In this document: positions 40,255-50,409 of the stretch, piece by piece
Position numbering within the stretch: position 1 is the stretch's first letter
Layout of the letters: each line of letters opens with the position of its first letter
Assembly: GCA_049969975.1 (NCBI GenBank)
Contig: JBMFNW010000001.1
Location: forward strand, 232-64,231
Direction: 5' to 3'
Length of the DNA: 64,000 nt
Source of the DNA: Candidatus Nanoarchaeia archaeon
Lineage (GTDB): Archaea; Nanobdellota; Nanobdellia; UBA10117
The notes under the pieces: generated by a model
What the model saw: only the letters and a program-made list of their open reading frames with translations
What the model was told of the DNA's origin: nothing
The model's database searches: none
Position numbers and translations under genes: made by a program

Positions 40255-41262
40255 TCAAGCAAGATTTAAATAATCCTTGGCTTGTAAGGAACTTCTTATT
40301 GGATCTAGTAACTTGTTAAGATACTCTATTACACTCTCTTTTAGTTCAAAGGGGTGAATTTTACCTTCTACAAAATTTCTTTCTAACTCTCTAATTTCCT
40401 TATACTCAACCCTTCCTTTTGACTTTGTTTCAATCTCTATTTTTTCAAAAATAGGAATTAATAAATATTTAACTATATCCATTACAGGATTTTCGGTTGA
40501 ATTTCTTTCCGGACAATACGCCTTTAAAATTTTTTCTCTAATTTTTTCTCTATTATCAACTACAGAAATTGAAGATTCGGGTATGCTAGCAGACATTTTA
40601 ATTTTTGGATTTGTAAGTGATTTGAGTAGGGGAGTAAAAATAGAAACATATTTCCCCCCACCAATTTCATCCATATTTTCTCTTCCAAGCATATAAACAT
40701 GTCTTTGGTCTATACCTCCTACTACAACTTCCGCTTCCATATATTTTACATCAACTATCTGCATTAATGGATACAATAATTCAGAAACATGTGGGTTGTC
40801 TTTTCTTCTTACTATGCTCGAAGCCGCTCGCATAGCTCTGGGTATGGAAACTTTAACTGCAAGCTTAAATACATCTTCGATATATTCTTTTTTAGTTTGA
40901 AATTCTGATCCTCTAATAAATTCAATTTTAGGCAAATATCTTTTACAAGCGTACTCTAAAAGAGATCTAAGAACTACCTCATAATACTTAGATCTTAATC
41001 TTAGTTGTTCCCAAGGCGTTTTTTGATCGTCTAAAAATCCATGATAGTCGGCTATAAGAATTTTTCCTTTTCCACCAGCTCTAAGGAGATCAAAGATTTT
41101 CATTATGGGAACGAAATAACCTATATGTATAGAACCTGTTGGTGCAATCCCCCAGTAAAAGTGGAATTCATTTTTTTCTTCTAAAAGTCTTTTTAATTCT
41201 TCTTCGGTTACTATTTCTTGAGTGTTTCGAGTGGCGTAATAAATTTTTTCCTCATTTTCCAT
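40255..41262 (-). CDS. tyrS: Tyrosyl-tRNA synthetase (archaeal type; TrpRS not fully excluded)
   Basis: Class Ic HIGH-like (SIHIGYF) and KMSAS (KIKMSASIP) motifs. 335 aa. Confidence 0.7.
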   Translation of the reverse strand: MENEEKIYYATRNTQEIVTEEELKRLLEEKNEFHFYWGIAPTGSIHIGYFVPIMKIFDLLRAGGKGKILIADYHGFLDDQKTPWEQLRLRSKYYEVVLRSLLEYACKRYLPKIEFIRGSEFQTKKEYIEDVFKLAVKVSIPRAMRAASSIVRRKDNPHVSELLYPLMQIVDVKYMEAEVVVGGIDQRHVYMLGRENMDEIGGGKYVSIFTPLLKSLTNPKIKMSASIPESSISVVDNREKIREKILKAYCPERNSTENPVMDIVKYLLIPIFEKIEIETKSKGRVEYKEIRELERNFVEGKIHPFELKESVIEYLNKLLDPIRSSLQAKDYLNLA

Positions 41263-41477
41263 GTTTTCCCGATTAAAGTTACTTTGATAATTTAAGTTCG
41301 ACGATCACCTTCTTTTTTAAAAATCTTTCTCCTCCTCTTAGTTTTCTAAAAATGCTTGATAAGAGCATCGAGGGCTTTTCACAGCTCCTGCGTAGCTCGG
41401 ATCAAAAAATAAGAAAAACATAAAAATCCAAAGTAAGTAACAATCAATAAATGTTCGACCTTAGAACTTTTAAAATT

Positions 41478-41561
41478 GCGGGGGTGCCCGAGCGGTCTAA
41501 GGGGATGGTCTCAAGAACCATTGGCTTAGTGCCTTCGGAGGTTCGAATCCTCCCCCCCGCA
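41478..41561 (+). tRNA. tRNA-Leu (CAA), type II
   Basis: Acceptor GCGGGGG/CCCCCGC. D-arm GCCCGAGCGGTCTAAGGGG. Anticodon stem ATGGT/ACCAT with loop CTCAAGA. Long variable arm. T-arm GGAGG-TTCGAAT-CCTCC. Confidence 0.8.
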
Positions 41562-41871
41562 TTTTTAAGTATGTGTGAAATTCAAGTAAACGAAATATTT
41601 ATAAATTAAATTTTAATACATTTCTTTGGGCGAATTTTGATGAGCCCTATGCTAAGATTAGTGAAGGGCATTTGAAAAGCAAATGCTCTGATTGTTTACT
41701 CGCAACGGCAATTGCGAGGCTCTGACACCCGGGCAAAAATCCGTGTCAGAGTGCATTGCGTGAGTTCCAATTCATACTCGAATTGGGACAATGGAGAAGA
41801 TAAGAGTATAAAGCACATTTTAGTTGCGGCCGAAATTCTGAGCAAATCAAGTAATGATTTGCTATGAGGAA

Positions 41872-43351
41872 GTTCCCGTTGATCCTGCGGGAGAGTACCG
41901 CTAGTTGGGTCCGATTAAGACATGCAAGTCTACTGGGGAGATTACATCAAACCGGTGGCGTAAGGCTGCGTAACACGTTGAGAACCTACCCTTGGGAAGG
42001 GAATAACCTCGCGAAAGTGAGGCTAATTCCCTATAGAAGACGGACCTTGGAAGAGCCCGTCTTTGAAATCCTTCGGGGCCCAAGGATGGCTCAGCGGCAG
42101 ATTAGGCAGTTGGTGGTGTAATGGACCACCAAACCTGTGATCTGTAGGGGCCATGAGAGTGGGAGCCTCCAGAGGCACACTGAGAAAAGGGTGCCAGCCC
42201 TACGGGGTGCAGCAGTCGCGAAACCTTCGCAATGCGCGAAAGCGTGACGAGGGGACCCAACGTGCCAGCTCTTTGAGTTGGCTTTTGCCATGTTTTAAAA
42301 GCATGGCGAATAAGTGAGTGGGTAAGACCGGTGCCAGCCGCCGCGGTAATCCCGGCGCCACAAGTGGTACTCACGTTTATTGGGTCTAAAGCATCCGTAG
42401 CCGTCTTGCAAAGTTTCCTGTGAAATCCGGCAGCTTGACTGTCGGGCGGGCAGGAAATACTTGCAAGATAGAGAGCGGGAGAAGTGGAGGGAATGCCCCG
42501 GGGAGCGGTAAAATGTTTTAATCCGGGGTGGACCACCGATGGCGAAGGCACTCCACTAGAACGCGTCTGACGGTGAGGGATGAAAGCTAGGGGAGCAAAA
42601 GGGATTAGATACCCCTGTAGTCCTAGCCGTAAACGCTGCCCGTTTGATGTGTGGTATTGTATAAATACCATGCGTCGTAGCGAAGGCGTTGAACGGGCCA
42701 CCTGGGGAGTACGGCCGCAAGACTGAAACTTAAAGGAATAGGCGGGGGAACACACAAGGGGTGTATGCTGCGGCTCAATTGGATTCAACGCCCGGAACCT
42801 TACCAGCAGCGACTGCAGAATGAAGGTCCTCCTGAATGGGGCACTCGACACGCAGAGAGGTGGTGCATGGCCGTCGTCAGCTCGTGCCGTGAGGTGTTCT
42901 GTTAAGTCAGAGAACGAGCGAGACCTGCGTCCTTAATTGCTATCCTTTTCTTGCGAAAGCTTGAAAAGGAGCACAATAAGGAGACTGCCGGCGTAAGCCG
43001 GAGGAAGGTGCAGGCAACGATAGGTCTGTATGCCCCGAATCTGCTGGGCTGCACGCGGCATCCATTGGTTGAGAGAACGAGCTGCAACCCCGAAAGGGGA
43101 AGCCAATCTCTTAATCTCAACCATGTTCGGATCGAGGACTGCAACTCGTCCTCGTGAAGGCGAAATCCCTAGTACACGTGTTTTAGCATAGCACGTGGAA
43201 TACGTCCCTGTTCCTTGCACTCACTGCCTGTCAACTCAACCGAGTCGGGTCAAAGTGAGGTTTTCGCTGAGGAAATCGAACTTTGGCTCGGCAAGGCGGG
43301 GTAAGTCAACACAAGGTATCTGTAGGGGAACCTGCAGATGGATCACCTCCT
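41872..43351 (+). rRNA. rrs: 16S rRNA
   Basis: 5' TTCCCGTTGATCCTGCGGGAG and 3' GGATCACCTCCT. Internal GTGCCAGCCGCCGCGGTAA. Flanked by an 18-bp perfect inverted repeat (41793..41810 vs 43351..43368), which is the processing stem. Confidence 0.9.
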
Positions 43352-43420
43352 ATACTCTTATCTTCTCCAATTGGACCGATTAAGCATAACTCTTTTAAAC
43401 GCCTGTCAAAAGAAAAAATC

Positions 43421-43504
43421 GGGCCGGTAGATCAATAGTAGATCGCCGCCCTTGCAATTTCACAAGACAGGCGGAGGCTTCGGGTGCGAATCCCGACCGG
43501 TCCA
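43421..43504 (+). tRNA. tRNA-Ala (UGC) with 12-nt intron (43457..43468) in the 16S-23S spacer
   Basis: Acceptor GGGCCGG/CCGGTCC including the G3:U70 Ala identity pair. Anticodon stem CCGCC/GGCGG. Loop CTTGCA[ATTTCACAAGAC]A, where the intron 3' part CAAG pairs with exon CTTG to give a relaxed BHB. T-loop TGCGAAT (G at position 55). Confidence 0.7.
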
Positions 43505-43575
43505 TTTACTGTATTGAGGTTCCCAATCGAATGATGGGGACTGAGCAGTTTTCATGTTTGAAAACTGTGCATAGT

Positions 43576-46483
43576 TGGCCTGTTGAAGAGAATAGATGCC
43601 TTTTGGTGGATAGCTTGGCTTGAGAAGCCGAGGAAGGCCGTGGCAAGCTGCGATAAGCACGAGGTAGGCGCATGCAGCCTTTGAACTCGTGATTGCCGAA
43701 TGGGTCTTCCTTCTTTCTTCGGAAAGAGATCCGTAAGGATCGGGAACCCGCTGAATTGAAACATCTTAGTAAGCGGAGGAAAAGAAACCAAATGGGATGC
43801 CGTTAGTAGGGGCGACCGAAAGCGGCAAAGGGCGTACCGAATTCCTTTTGGTAACAAAAGGAAGATGTGGGCTGTCCAACAACCAGTTTAGACTTGCGAA
43901 GTGCTTTGGAAAAAGCCGCCGAAGAGGGTGATAGCCCCGTAGCAACATCTAAGCTGGTTGGGGCAGCAAAGAGTAGCACAAGTTGGGATTCTTGTGCGAA
44001 GATGGGTGTCAACAACATCCAACCCTAAATACTTCTCAAGACCGATAGCGCACTAGTACCGTGAGGGAATGCTGAAAAGCTCCCATGGCAGGGAGTGAAA
44101 AGAGCTTGAAACCAAAAGGCGATAGTACGACGCGGCCCCAAGGGGTTGCGTCATCCGTTTTGAAAAACGGGCCGGCGAGTTTAGCTTTGTGGCGAGCTTA
44201 ACCTGACAAAGGGGAAGCGTAGCGAAAGCAAGAGGCCCGCAGCGTTGAGCGAGGGGCGGCGTGTGCTCGCGCTATAGTCACAAGGCTAAGACCTGAAGCC
44301 TGACGAGCTAAGCCAGGCCATGCTGAAGCTCGGGTAAAACCGAGTGGAGGGCAGAAGAGGTTCTGCACATACGCGTTCTTCTGAGCCTGGTTTAGGAGTG
44401 ATATGCTCATCGAGTCAGGCGCTAGCTGGTTCCCACAGAAACAAGCCAAAGTTTGGCCTCGACAGAGCCGTCGCAAGGGGTAGAGTACAGATTGCGGAAG
44501 CAGGGGCTTCGGCTTCGTTCCGCTGTCTAACTCCGAATCCTTGCGAGGCGTAGAAGTCGGGAGTAAGTAGGCGCGGTTAAGCTGCGCAGGCGAAAGGGAA
44601 ACAACCCCGCGAATGGTTAAGGCCCTAAAGAGCTAGCTGAGTGCAAAGAAGGATTCTTCTGTCGTAGACAGCTGGGACGTAGGCTTAGAAGCAGCCATCG
44701 TCTAAGCAACGCGTAACAGCGGACCAGTTGAGACAGAAGGGTCTGAAAATGGACGGGGCTAAGCTAGCCGCCGATACCATTCTCTCCCAAAAGGGAAGAG
44801 GTATGTGGGCGCAGCCATAGAGCAGAAGCATGCTCGTGAGAGTGTGTGGATCTATGGCTGATGTGAATGCCGGTGTAAGTAGAAGCTAAGTATGGTGAAA
44901 AACCATACCAGCGAAAGGGCCAGGTTTTCTCGGCACTGCTCGTCAACCGAGAGTTAGCCGGTCCTAAGTTTGGTGCCTAAGCGTGCCAAACGAAAGGGAA
45001 GTCCGTTAATATTCGGACGCTATCAAGCCACATGCGGCGACGCAAGGTTGCTTGCCGACGCTTTGGGATAGGCTAAGGCGTACCGTCGTGCGCTTTAAGC
45101 ACCGAAGTCTGGGGAATTCTGTAATGGATAGAACCAGATGAAAGTGCGAATAGCACTCGCAAGAGTGTTTAGCTGATTCCTGGAGCCGGTGAAAAGGCAA
45201 GCAATCGTGGCTTGATAACCGTACTCAGAACCGACACAGGTGACCCTGGCCGAGTAAGCCGAGCTGTGACGGGTTGACCCCTCCCAAGGGAACTCGGCAA
45301 ATTAGCCGCGTATCTTCGGTAGAAGCGGTCTCTGCGGCATTGCTGTGAAATATCGGTGGTGCTGCAGGGTGCAATGACAAGGGGGATCCGACTGTTTAAC
45401 AAAAACGTAGCTAAGCGCAAAGTCTAAACGGCTTTGTACGCTTGGTGATTCCTGCCCAGTACGGTTGCCTGAAACTCCGGTCCAACGGAGCTAAGGGCCC
45501 GTAAACGGCGGAGGTAACTCTGACCTTCTTAAGGTAGCGAAATGCCTTGTCACTTAATTGGTGACGTGCATGAAGGGCTAACGAGATCCCCACTGTCCCT
45601 GGGAGGAACCCGACGAATTTTCTCTTCTGGCGAACAGGCCAGAGACCTCCAGCGGGAAATGAAGACCCCGTAGACCTTTACTGCAGCCTGTTGCTGCGGT
45701 TTGTTTGGCGCTGCATAGAGTAGCTGGGACCCGTTTGCAGTTGCTTCTTTCGGGAAGCAATGAGGGGAAAGTGTAACACCAGCCTTCTCTAAGCAGATCG
45801 CTTACCCTTATGGGGACACCTTCAGGTGGGCAGTTTTGCTGGGGCGGCAACCTTCCGAAAAGATATCGGAAGGATCTAATGATCGGCTCACCAGGCTTGG
45901 AAACCCTGGGTAGAGGAAAAGGCTAAAAGCCGGTCTGACTCGGTCCTAAACAGCGAGGGTCCGAGACGCGAAAGCGAGGCCTAGCGAACATAGGTGTCAC
46001 TTTTGTTGAGCGCCCTATCTGATAGAAAAGGTACCTCGGGGATAACTGAGTCGTGCCGAGCAAGAGTACACATCGACCTCGGCGCTTGCTTCTTCGCTGT
46101 CGGCTTTGCCTAGCTTGGCTGTGTACAAGCAGCCAAGAGTGCAGGTGTTCACTGATTAAAAGGCATCATGAGCTGGGTTCACAACGTCGTGAGACAGTTG
46201 GTGTACAATCTGCTGGAGGTGCATAGGGTCTGAGGAGAAGGCAGTTTAAGTACGAAAGGAACAAACTGTCCGCGCCTCTGGTGTACGGGCTATCTGATAA
46301 GGTAGGCCCGGCAGCTACGCGCGTCGGGATAAGCTCTGAAGGCATCTAAGAGCGAAGCCCGCCCCAAAAAGAGACCCTAGGAGCTACCCTAGATGAGGGT
46401 GTTGATAGGACTGGGGTGTACGAGCCAAGGTAACGAGGCTTTCAGCCCGCAGTTACTAATCGCTCCGCTTCTCTAAACAGGCC
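43576..46483 (+). rRNA. rrl: 23S rRNA
   Basis: 5' region GGTGGATAGCTTGGC...GAAGGCCGTGGCAAGCTGCGATAAGC. The 3' region ends ...AGTTACTAATCGCTCCGCTTCTCTAAACAGGCC, which pairs with the 5' GGCCTGTTGAAGAGAA (helix 1). Boundaries about +/-15 nt. Confidence 0.85.
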
Positions 46484-46639
46484 AATTATGCATAGTTTTC
46501 ACTTTTCTCATTATTTTCTCATAATTTTTTTCTTAATTTTATTCTCAACAATTAAAATTCCCAAAACAAGTTTGTCTAAAGCAAATTTCTTTAAAGCACA
46601 AAAGCAAATTTTTTAAATTATGTTTTTAATTCTAAATTT

Positions 46640-46900
46640 GGAGACAAAGCCAGCAAACTTTCGCAGCAAAAGCTGTGAGGAAAGTCTGCCCATCCAAAAG
46701 CTCAAAAGGTCTTGGAAAGGACCAGGCAAACACAGAAATACACAAACTGCGTCGCAGGATGATATATTGACTTTGGCGCAGATTTGGTGAAAATGTTTGC
46801 CAGAGCGGATGCAAGTCTAAAAGACGCTAAGTAGAATGTTTGCACAACCTTCCTTCAATTGAAGGGGTTGCAACAGAAGGCAGCTTATGGCTTTGTCTCC
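46640..46900 (+). ncRNA. rnpB: RNase P RNA (reduced, about 261 nt)
   Basis: Perfect 12-bp terminal helix (GGAGACAAAGCC ... GGCTTTGTCTCC). P4 halves GAGGAAAGTCTGCCC and ACAGAAGGCAGCTTATGGC match universal RNase P CR-I and CR-V. Lies 157 nt downstream of the 23S. Confidence 0.75.
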
Positions 46901-46935
46901 ACTAACTTTTTAAATTGTGTTCTTTATCTAAATTT

Positions 46936-47091
46936 ATGGCTCAAGAAAAAATAAGGCTGCCAACATCCGAAGCAGGCCTAGTTAGATATTTTGAAGAAGC
47001 AAAATCGAAATTCCAACTTAGCCCGGTAACTGTTGTATCTTTTGTGATTGGAATGATAATTATACTATTAATTTTTAATAAAATATTTTAA
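46936..47091 (+). CDS. secG: Preprotein translocase subunit Sec61beta (SecG, archaeal)
   Basis: 51 aa MAQEKIRLPTSEAGLVRYFEE...PVTVVSFVIGMIIILLIF with the conserved P.S.AGL.RY motif and a C-terminal TM. Manual call below the ORF cutoff. Confidence 0.65.
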   Translation: MAQEKIRLPTSEAGLVRYFEEAKSKFQLSPVTVVSFVIGMIIILLIFNKIF

Positions 47092-47121
47092 ATATTAAAT
47101 AAAATTAAATATTCAAATAAA

Positions 47122-47541
47122 ATGGTACTGCCCTCTTACGAAGAAATGTTGGATGCACTTTATGCAGCATTACCTAAAACAGGAGAAAAAGAAGTAATTA
47201 GACTTGAAATACCTGAAATTAAAAGTAGCATTTCTGGCAACAGAACAATTGTTTATAATTTAGAATCTATAGCTAAAGCAGTACGGCGAGATGTTTCACA
47301 CATTTTTAAATTTTTATTAAGGGAGCTTGCAACAACAGGGGCTTACAAGTCAGGGGAAACAGTGTTTGTTGGGAAATTTAAAAGTGATTTTCTAGCTGAA
47401 AAAATTAAAAAATATGTAAATGAATTTGTACTTTGCAAGCAGTGCGGCAAGCCAGACACGCATTTGGAAAAAGTAGCAGCAGCAACTCTTTTAATATGTG
47501 AAGCCTGTGGCGCACAAGAATCCGTTCGAACGCTTAAATAG
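47122..47541 (+). CDS. eif2b: Translation initiation factor 2 beta subunit (aIF-2beta)
   Basis: 139 aa with the conserved central region and a C-terminal C4 zinc ribbon (CKQCGKPDT...CEACG). Confidence 0.75.
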   Translation: MVLPSYEEMLDALYAALPKTGEKEVIRLEIPEIKSSISGNRTIVYNLESIAKAVRRDVSHIFKFLLRELATTGAYKSGETVFVGKFKSDFLAEKIKKYVNEFVLCKQCGKPDTHLEKVAAATLLICEACGAQESVRTLK

Positions 47542-47588
47542 AATGCTTAGATAATAATATTTTTAAAGCACAATTTTATTTTTAATTC

Positions 47589-47918
47589 ATGGCCGACAAA
47601 ACTTCATTGGGCTTAGATGAAAACATTGAAGGTTTGCTTTGTTATGCATTAACTTGGCTAACTGGTATTGTCTTTTTAGTTGTAGAAAAGAAAAGCGATT
47701 TTGTAAAATTCCATGCGGCACAATCTATCGTAGTCTTTTTACCATTATCAATACTTGGTATAATCTTTTCTTTAATTCCTTTTGGCTGGCTATTTTCAGC
47801 ATTATTAACGATACTTGTGTTAATACTTTGGTTAATTTTGATGTTAAAGGCATACCAAGGCGAGCGATATAAATTGCCTATTGCAGGCGATTTTGCAGAA
47901 AAACTGCTTAAAAAATAA
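47589..47918 (+). CDS. Small membrane protein (hypothetical)
   Basis: 109 aa with 2-3 hydrophobic helices. Confidence 0.4.
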   Translation: MADKTSLGLDENIEGLLCYALTWLTGIVFLVVEKKSDFVKFHAAQSIVVFLPLSILGIIFSLIPFGWLFSALLTILVLILWLILMLKAYQGERYKLPIAGDFAEKLLKK

Positions 47919-47982
47919 AAATTTCAAATCAAATGAACAATTTAAATTAAATGTTAAAAATGTTAAAATTAGTGGAAAAATA

Positions 47983-48285
47983 ATGCTTTGCTACAAAATT
48001 CACAAGTCAAAATTTGGAAATATTTTAGCAGTTGCAGATGCAGCTCTTGTTGGTAAAAAATTTAAGTTTAATAATTTAACTATTTGGGTTAATCCACGTT
48101 TTTATGGCGAGACAAAAGTTAGTAAAGAGTGGTTGTTGGGACAAGTCAAAAATAAACTTTTTTTATCTGTTAATTTCATTGGCGCGGAAGCTGTTGCTTT
48201 TGGTCGAGAGGTTGGCTTAATAGATGAAGAAAATATATTAATGTTAGGGAAAATACCGCACGCACATTGTGTTTTAATTTTTTAG
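47983..48285 (+). CDS. Hypothetical protein (about 100 aa)
   Basis: The ORF 47881..48285 probably starts at the internal MLCYKIHK. No family recognised. Confidence 0.3.
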   Translation: MLCYKIHKSKFGNILAVADAALVGKKFKFNNLTIWVNPRFYGETKVSKEWLLGQVKNKLFLSVNFIGAEAVAFGREVGLIDEENILMLGKIPHAHCVLIF

Positions 48286-48305
48286 TTTTATTTTTTTGAC
48301 GGAAA

Positions 48306-48737
48306 TTAAAGCGATAGAACTAAAGCAGAAACCCCAAGTCCTAATAGAAAGCCGAATATTAAATCTTCTATTTTATGTTTGCCCAAGGCATAGCGAGAAA
48401 GTGCAACAAGTAAAACCATTATGTAAAAAAACGCACCTATTGCCACGCTGCTGAAATATGTGCTGAGTATGGTAGCAATAACTGTTGCTCGTGCAGTATG
48501 TATTGAAATTAAAGAATTTGCACAAAATTTTTCTAAAAAATTACTCCATTGCATTGGATTTGGTCGAGGTTTAAACTTCAAAGCTCTTATTGGTATGACG
48601 ATGGCATAAATAAGAATAAATGCTAAAATGATTTGTATAGCTTCTTTAATATGTGCAGTCAGAGCCAAAAATAAAACTAAAAATAGCAAAAATACTTTTC
48701 CTCCAAAAAAAGAAAGTTCTTCTATTGCTTCTTTCAT
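48306..48737 (-). CDS. PAP2-family membrane phosphatase
   Basis: SIHTARA and SRYALGKHKIEDLIFG (the PAP2 SxH / SRxxxxxHxxxD motifs). The likely start MKEAIEEL is at 48737. The track ORF runs across tRNA-Gln. Confidence 0.6.
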   Translation of the reverse strand: MKEAIEELSFFGGKVFLLFLVLFLALTAHIKEAIQIILAFILIYAIVIPIRALKFKPRPNPMQWSNFLEKFCANSLISIHTARATVIATILSTYFSSVAIGAFFYIMVLLVALSRYALGKHKIEDLIFGFLLGLGVSALVLSL

Positions 48738-48773
48738 GTAACCCTCTGCATACTCAACGTTTGAAGCTTTGGA

Positions 48774-48846
48774 TAGCCCCACTCGGATTCGAACCGAGGT
48801 CTGCGGGGCCAGAGCCCGCCATCCTTGACCGCTAGACGATGGGGCT
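48774..48846 (-). tRNA. tRNA-Gln (CUG)
   Basis: Reverse complement AGCCCCA...UGGGGCU with an A1:U72 pair. Anticodon stem GCGGG/CCCGC with loop CUCUGGC. T-arm CTCGG-TTCGAAT-CCGAG. Confidence 0.75.
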
Positions 48847-48888
48847 AGCAAACTTTTTAATTTGTTCAATTTAAATCTTTTTCATTAA

Positions 48889-48962
48889 GGGCCCGTCATC
48901 TAGCCTGGATAGGATACAAGCTTGCGGAGCTTGGTACGGGGGTTCGAATCCTCCCGGGCCCG
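48889..48962 (+). tRNA. tRNA-Arg (GCG)
   Basis: Acceptor GGGCCCG/CGGGCCC. Anticodon stem CAAGC/GCTTG with loop TTGCGGA. T-arm GGGGG-TTCGAAT-CCTCC. Confidence 0.75.
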
Positions 48963-49032
48963 CATATACTTCTAAAATTCTTCAAGCTAAATAGCCATAA
49001 AAGTTATATAGCCTTTTGAAGAATTTGTTTGT

Positions 49033-49494
49033 ATGGGAGTAATACTTGGTGATCAAATAACAAAAATAGTGGCTGAAAACAAAGGCGTAACGAAAAAGAT
49101 GACTATTGCAAATAACATTGTTATTAAAGATGTTAAAAAACAAGAGTTTGTTCTCGAAGGCGAACGTAAACCTGTGTTAGCCATAGAATTTAGTTTTGGC
49201 AGTACTTATGGCGAATCTGGTAGTAAGATAGAGTTGGATGGCAAAATTTTCTATTCATCTGATAAAAAGGAGTTGGAAAATTTAGAAAAGGCTTGGCGAG
49301 AAAGAAAAACTTTACAAAATGAAGCAGTTGAGCTTGCAATAAGAAACAGAGCCCTTGAAGTTGGTTTGCTTCAAGCAGTAGCACTAGCAAATCAACTTCA
49401 TTTACCGGCGCCAATACAACTCCCGCGGTTTGTGCCTGCGGGCAAACAAGAAGCCAAACAAAAAGAAACAGAAGAAACTGAGAAATCCAACTAA
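49033..49494 (+). CDS. Hypothetical protein
   Basis: 153 aa, no recognisable motif. Sits in an AT-rich islet. Confidence 0.4.
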   Translation: MGVILGDQITKIVAENKGVTKKMTIANNIVIKDVKKQEFVLEGERKPVLAIEFSFGSTYGESGSKIELDGKIFYSSDKKELENLEKAWRERKTLQNEAVELAIRNRALEVGLLQAVALANQLHLPAPIQLPRFVPAGKQEAKQKETEETEKSN

Positions 49495-49516
49495 ATTTTT
49501 AACTTATTATTTTAAC

Positions 49517-50122
49517 TTAATAACCTATTTTTTTAACAAATTCTTCAAAATTAATTACTTTCATTTTTGGCAAATTTTCAACTTGACCAAATTTTGTAGC
49601 AATTTTTATAATATTTTTAAAAGTATCATCTGTTTCGTCAAAGATTTTTGGTTTTGGCATAAGGCCGGAAAGAATTAGCCATTTTGCAATTTCTTTGTAA
49701 TTTTTAGCAGTTATGAGTTGTTTGAGCGAATATTCTCCTAAAAAGCCATCATTAATTTTTAAAAACACATTTTTATTATTTTGAAATAATTTTTTGTTTT
49801 TAAGATCTACTATTAGTTTACCTTTAACAAATCTAAAATCTTTTTGTTTAAAATTCAATTTTTTTAAGTATTGCTTAATTAGCTCTTCAACAACTTTTTC
49901 TTTTGTATCGCATCGCTCGATTATATCTGCAATTACTGCATTAAAATCATTAAAGTTTATTGTAGAATTGATGTTTAATTTTATTAATTTGCCTAAAAAC
50001 TTGATTGTTTTTTGTTTAATTTTTTTACCATCTCTATAATTTTCAACTTCATAAACATAATTATATTTGCGCGTTTTTGACCCGTGCTTTTTTTGTATGG
50101 TTTTTACTCTTAAGAAAGCCAT
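49517..50122 (-). CDS. Hypothetical protein (ORFan)
   Basis: 201 aa, K/N-rich, in a very AT-rich stretch. No family recognised. Confidence 0.4.
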   Translation of the reverse strand: MAFLRVKTIQKKHGSKTRKYNYVYEVENYRDGKKIKQKTIKFLGKLIKLNINSTINFNDFNAVIADIIERCDTKEKVVEELIKQYLKKLNFKQKDFRFVKGKLIVDLKNKKLFQNNKNVFLKINDGFLGEYSLKQLITAKNYKEIAKWLILSGLMPKPKIFDETDDTFKNIIKIATKFGQVENLPKMKVINFEEFVKKIGY

Positions 50123-50181
50123 TATTTTTGCTTAAAAAATAAAAAAAAGTAGTGCCTAACTTATTAGCCAATAATTTTAAT

Positions 50182-50409
50182 TTATTTAGCCACAATTGCA
50201 GTGGCAGAAAGGCTCACTTCTGGCATCTTTCTTATTTTGTCGAGCATGAACTCGTTTAGTGCTTGTGTATTTGGTATTTCTACTTGTGCTATTACGTCCC
50301 AAGAACCAAATAAGAGATTTACTTGTCTCACTTCTTTCATTTTTTTGAGTTTTTGGTATACTTTTTCCTCTGTATTTGGCTTGACACCCAGCAAAATGTA
50401 TGCTTGCAT
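50182..50409 (-). CDS. Stand-alone RAM-domain protein (Lrp/AsnC ligand-binding domain)
   Basis: 75 aa with the beta-alpha-beta-beta-alpha-beta pattern (YILLGVKPNTEEKVYQKLKKMKEVRQVNLLFGSWDVIAQVE). Confidence 0.65.
   Translation of the reverse strand: MQAYILLGVKPNTEEKVYQKLKKMKEVRQVNLLFGSWDVIAQVEIPNTQALNEFMLDKIRKMPEVSLSATAIVAK

Noticed and set aside
41864-45850. Numerous ORFs of 60-249 aa on both strands inside 41864..45850 (for example 42102..42851 and 44198..44476)
   Set aside because: They lie entirely within the 16S and 23S rRNA genes. Their high GC and Arg/Pro/Ser-rich translations are typical rRNA-internal artefacts.
46484-46640. 5S rRNA expected directly after the 23S
   Set aside because: There is no 5S signature there. 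The structured RNA that follows has RNase P P4 motifs. A real 5S with CCGAACACGGAAG is at 62477..62593 on the other strand.
48737-48869. N-terminal 44 codons of the ORF 48306..48869
   Set aside because: The extension overlaps tRNA-Gln (48774..48846) on the same strand. The PAP2 protein is complete from the internal Met.
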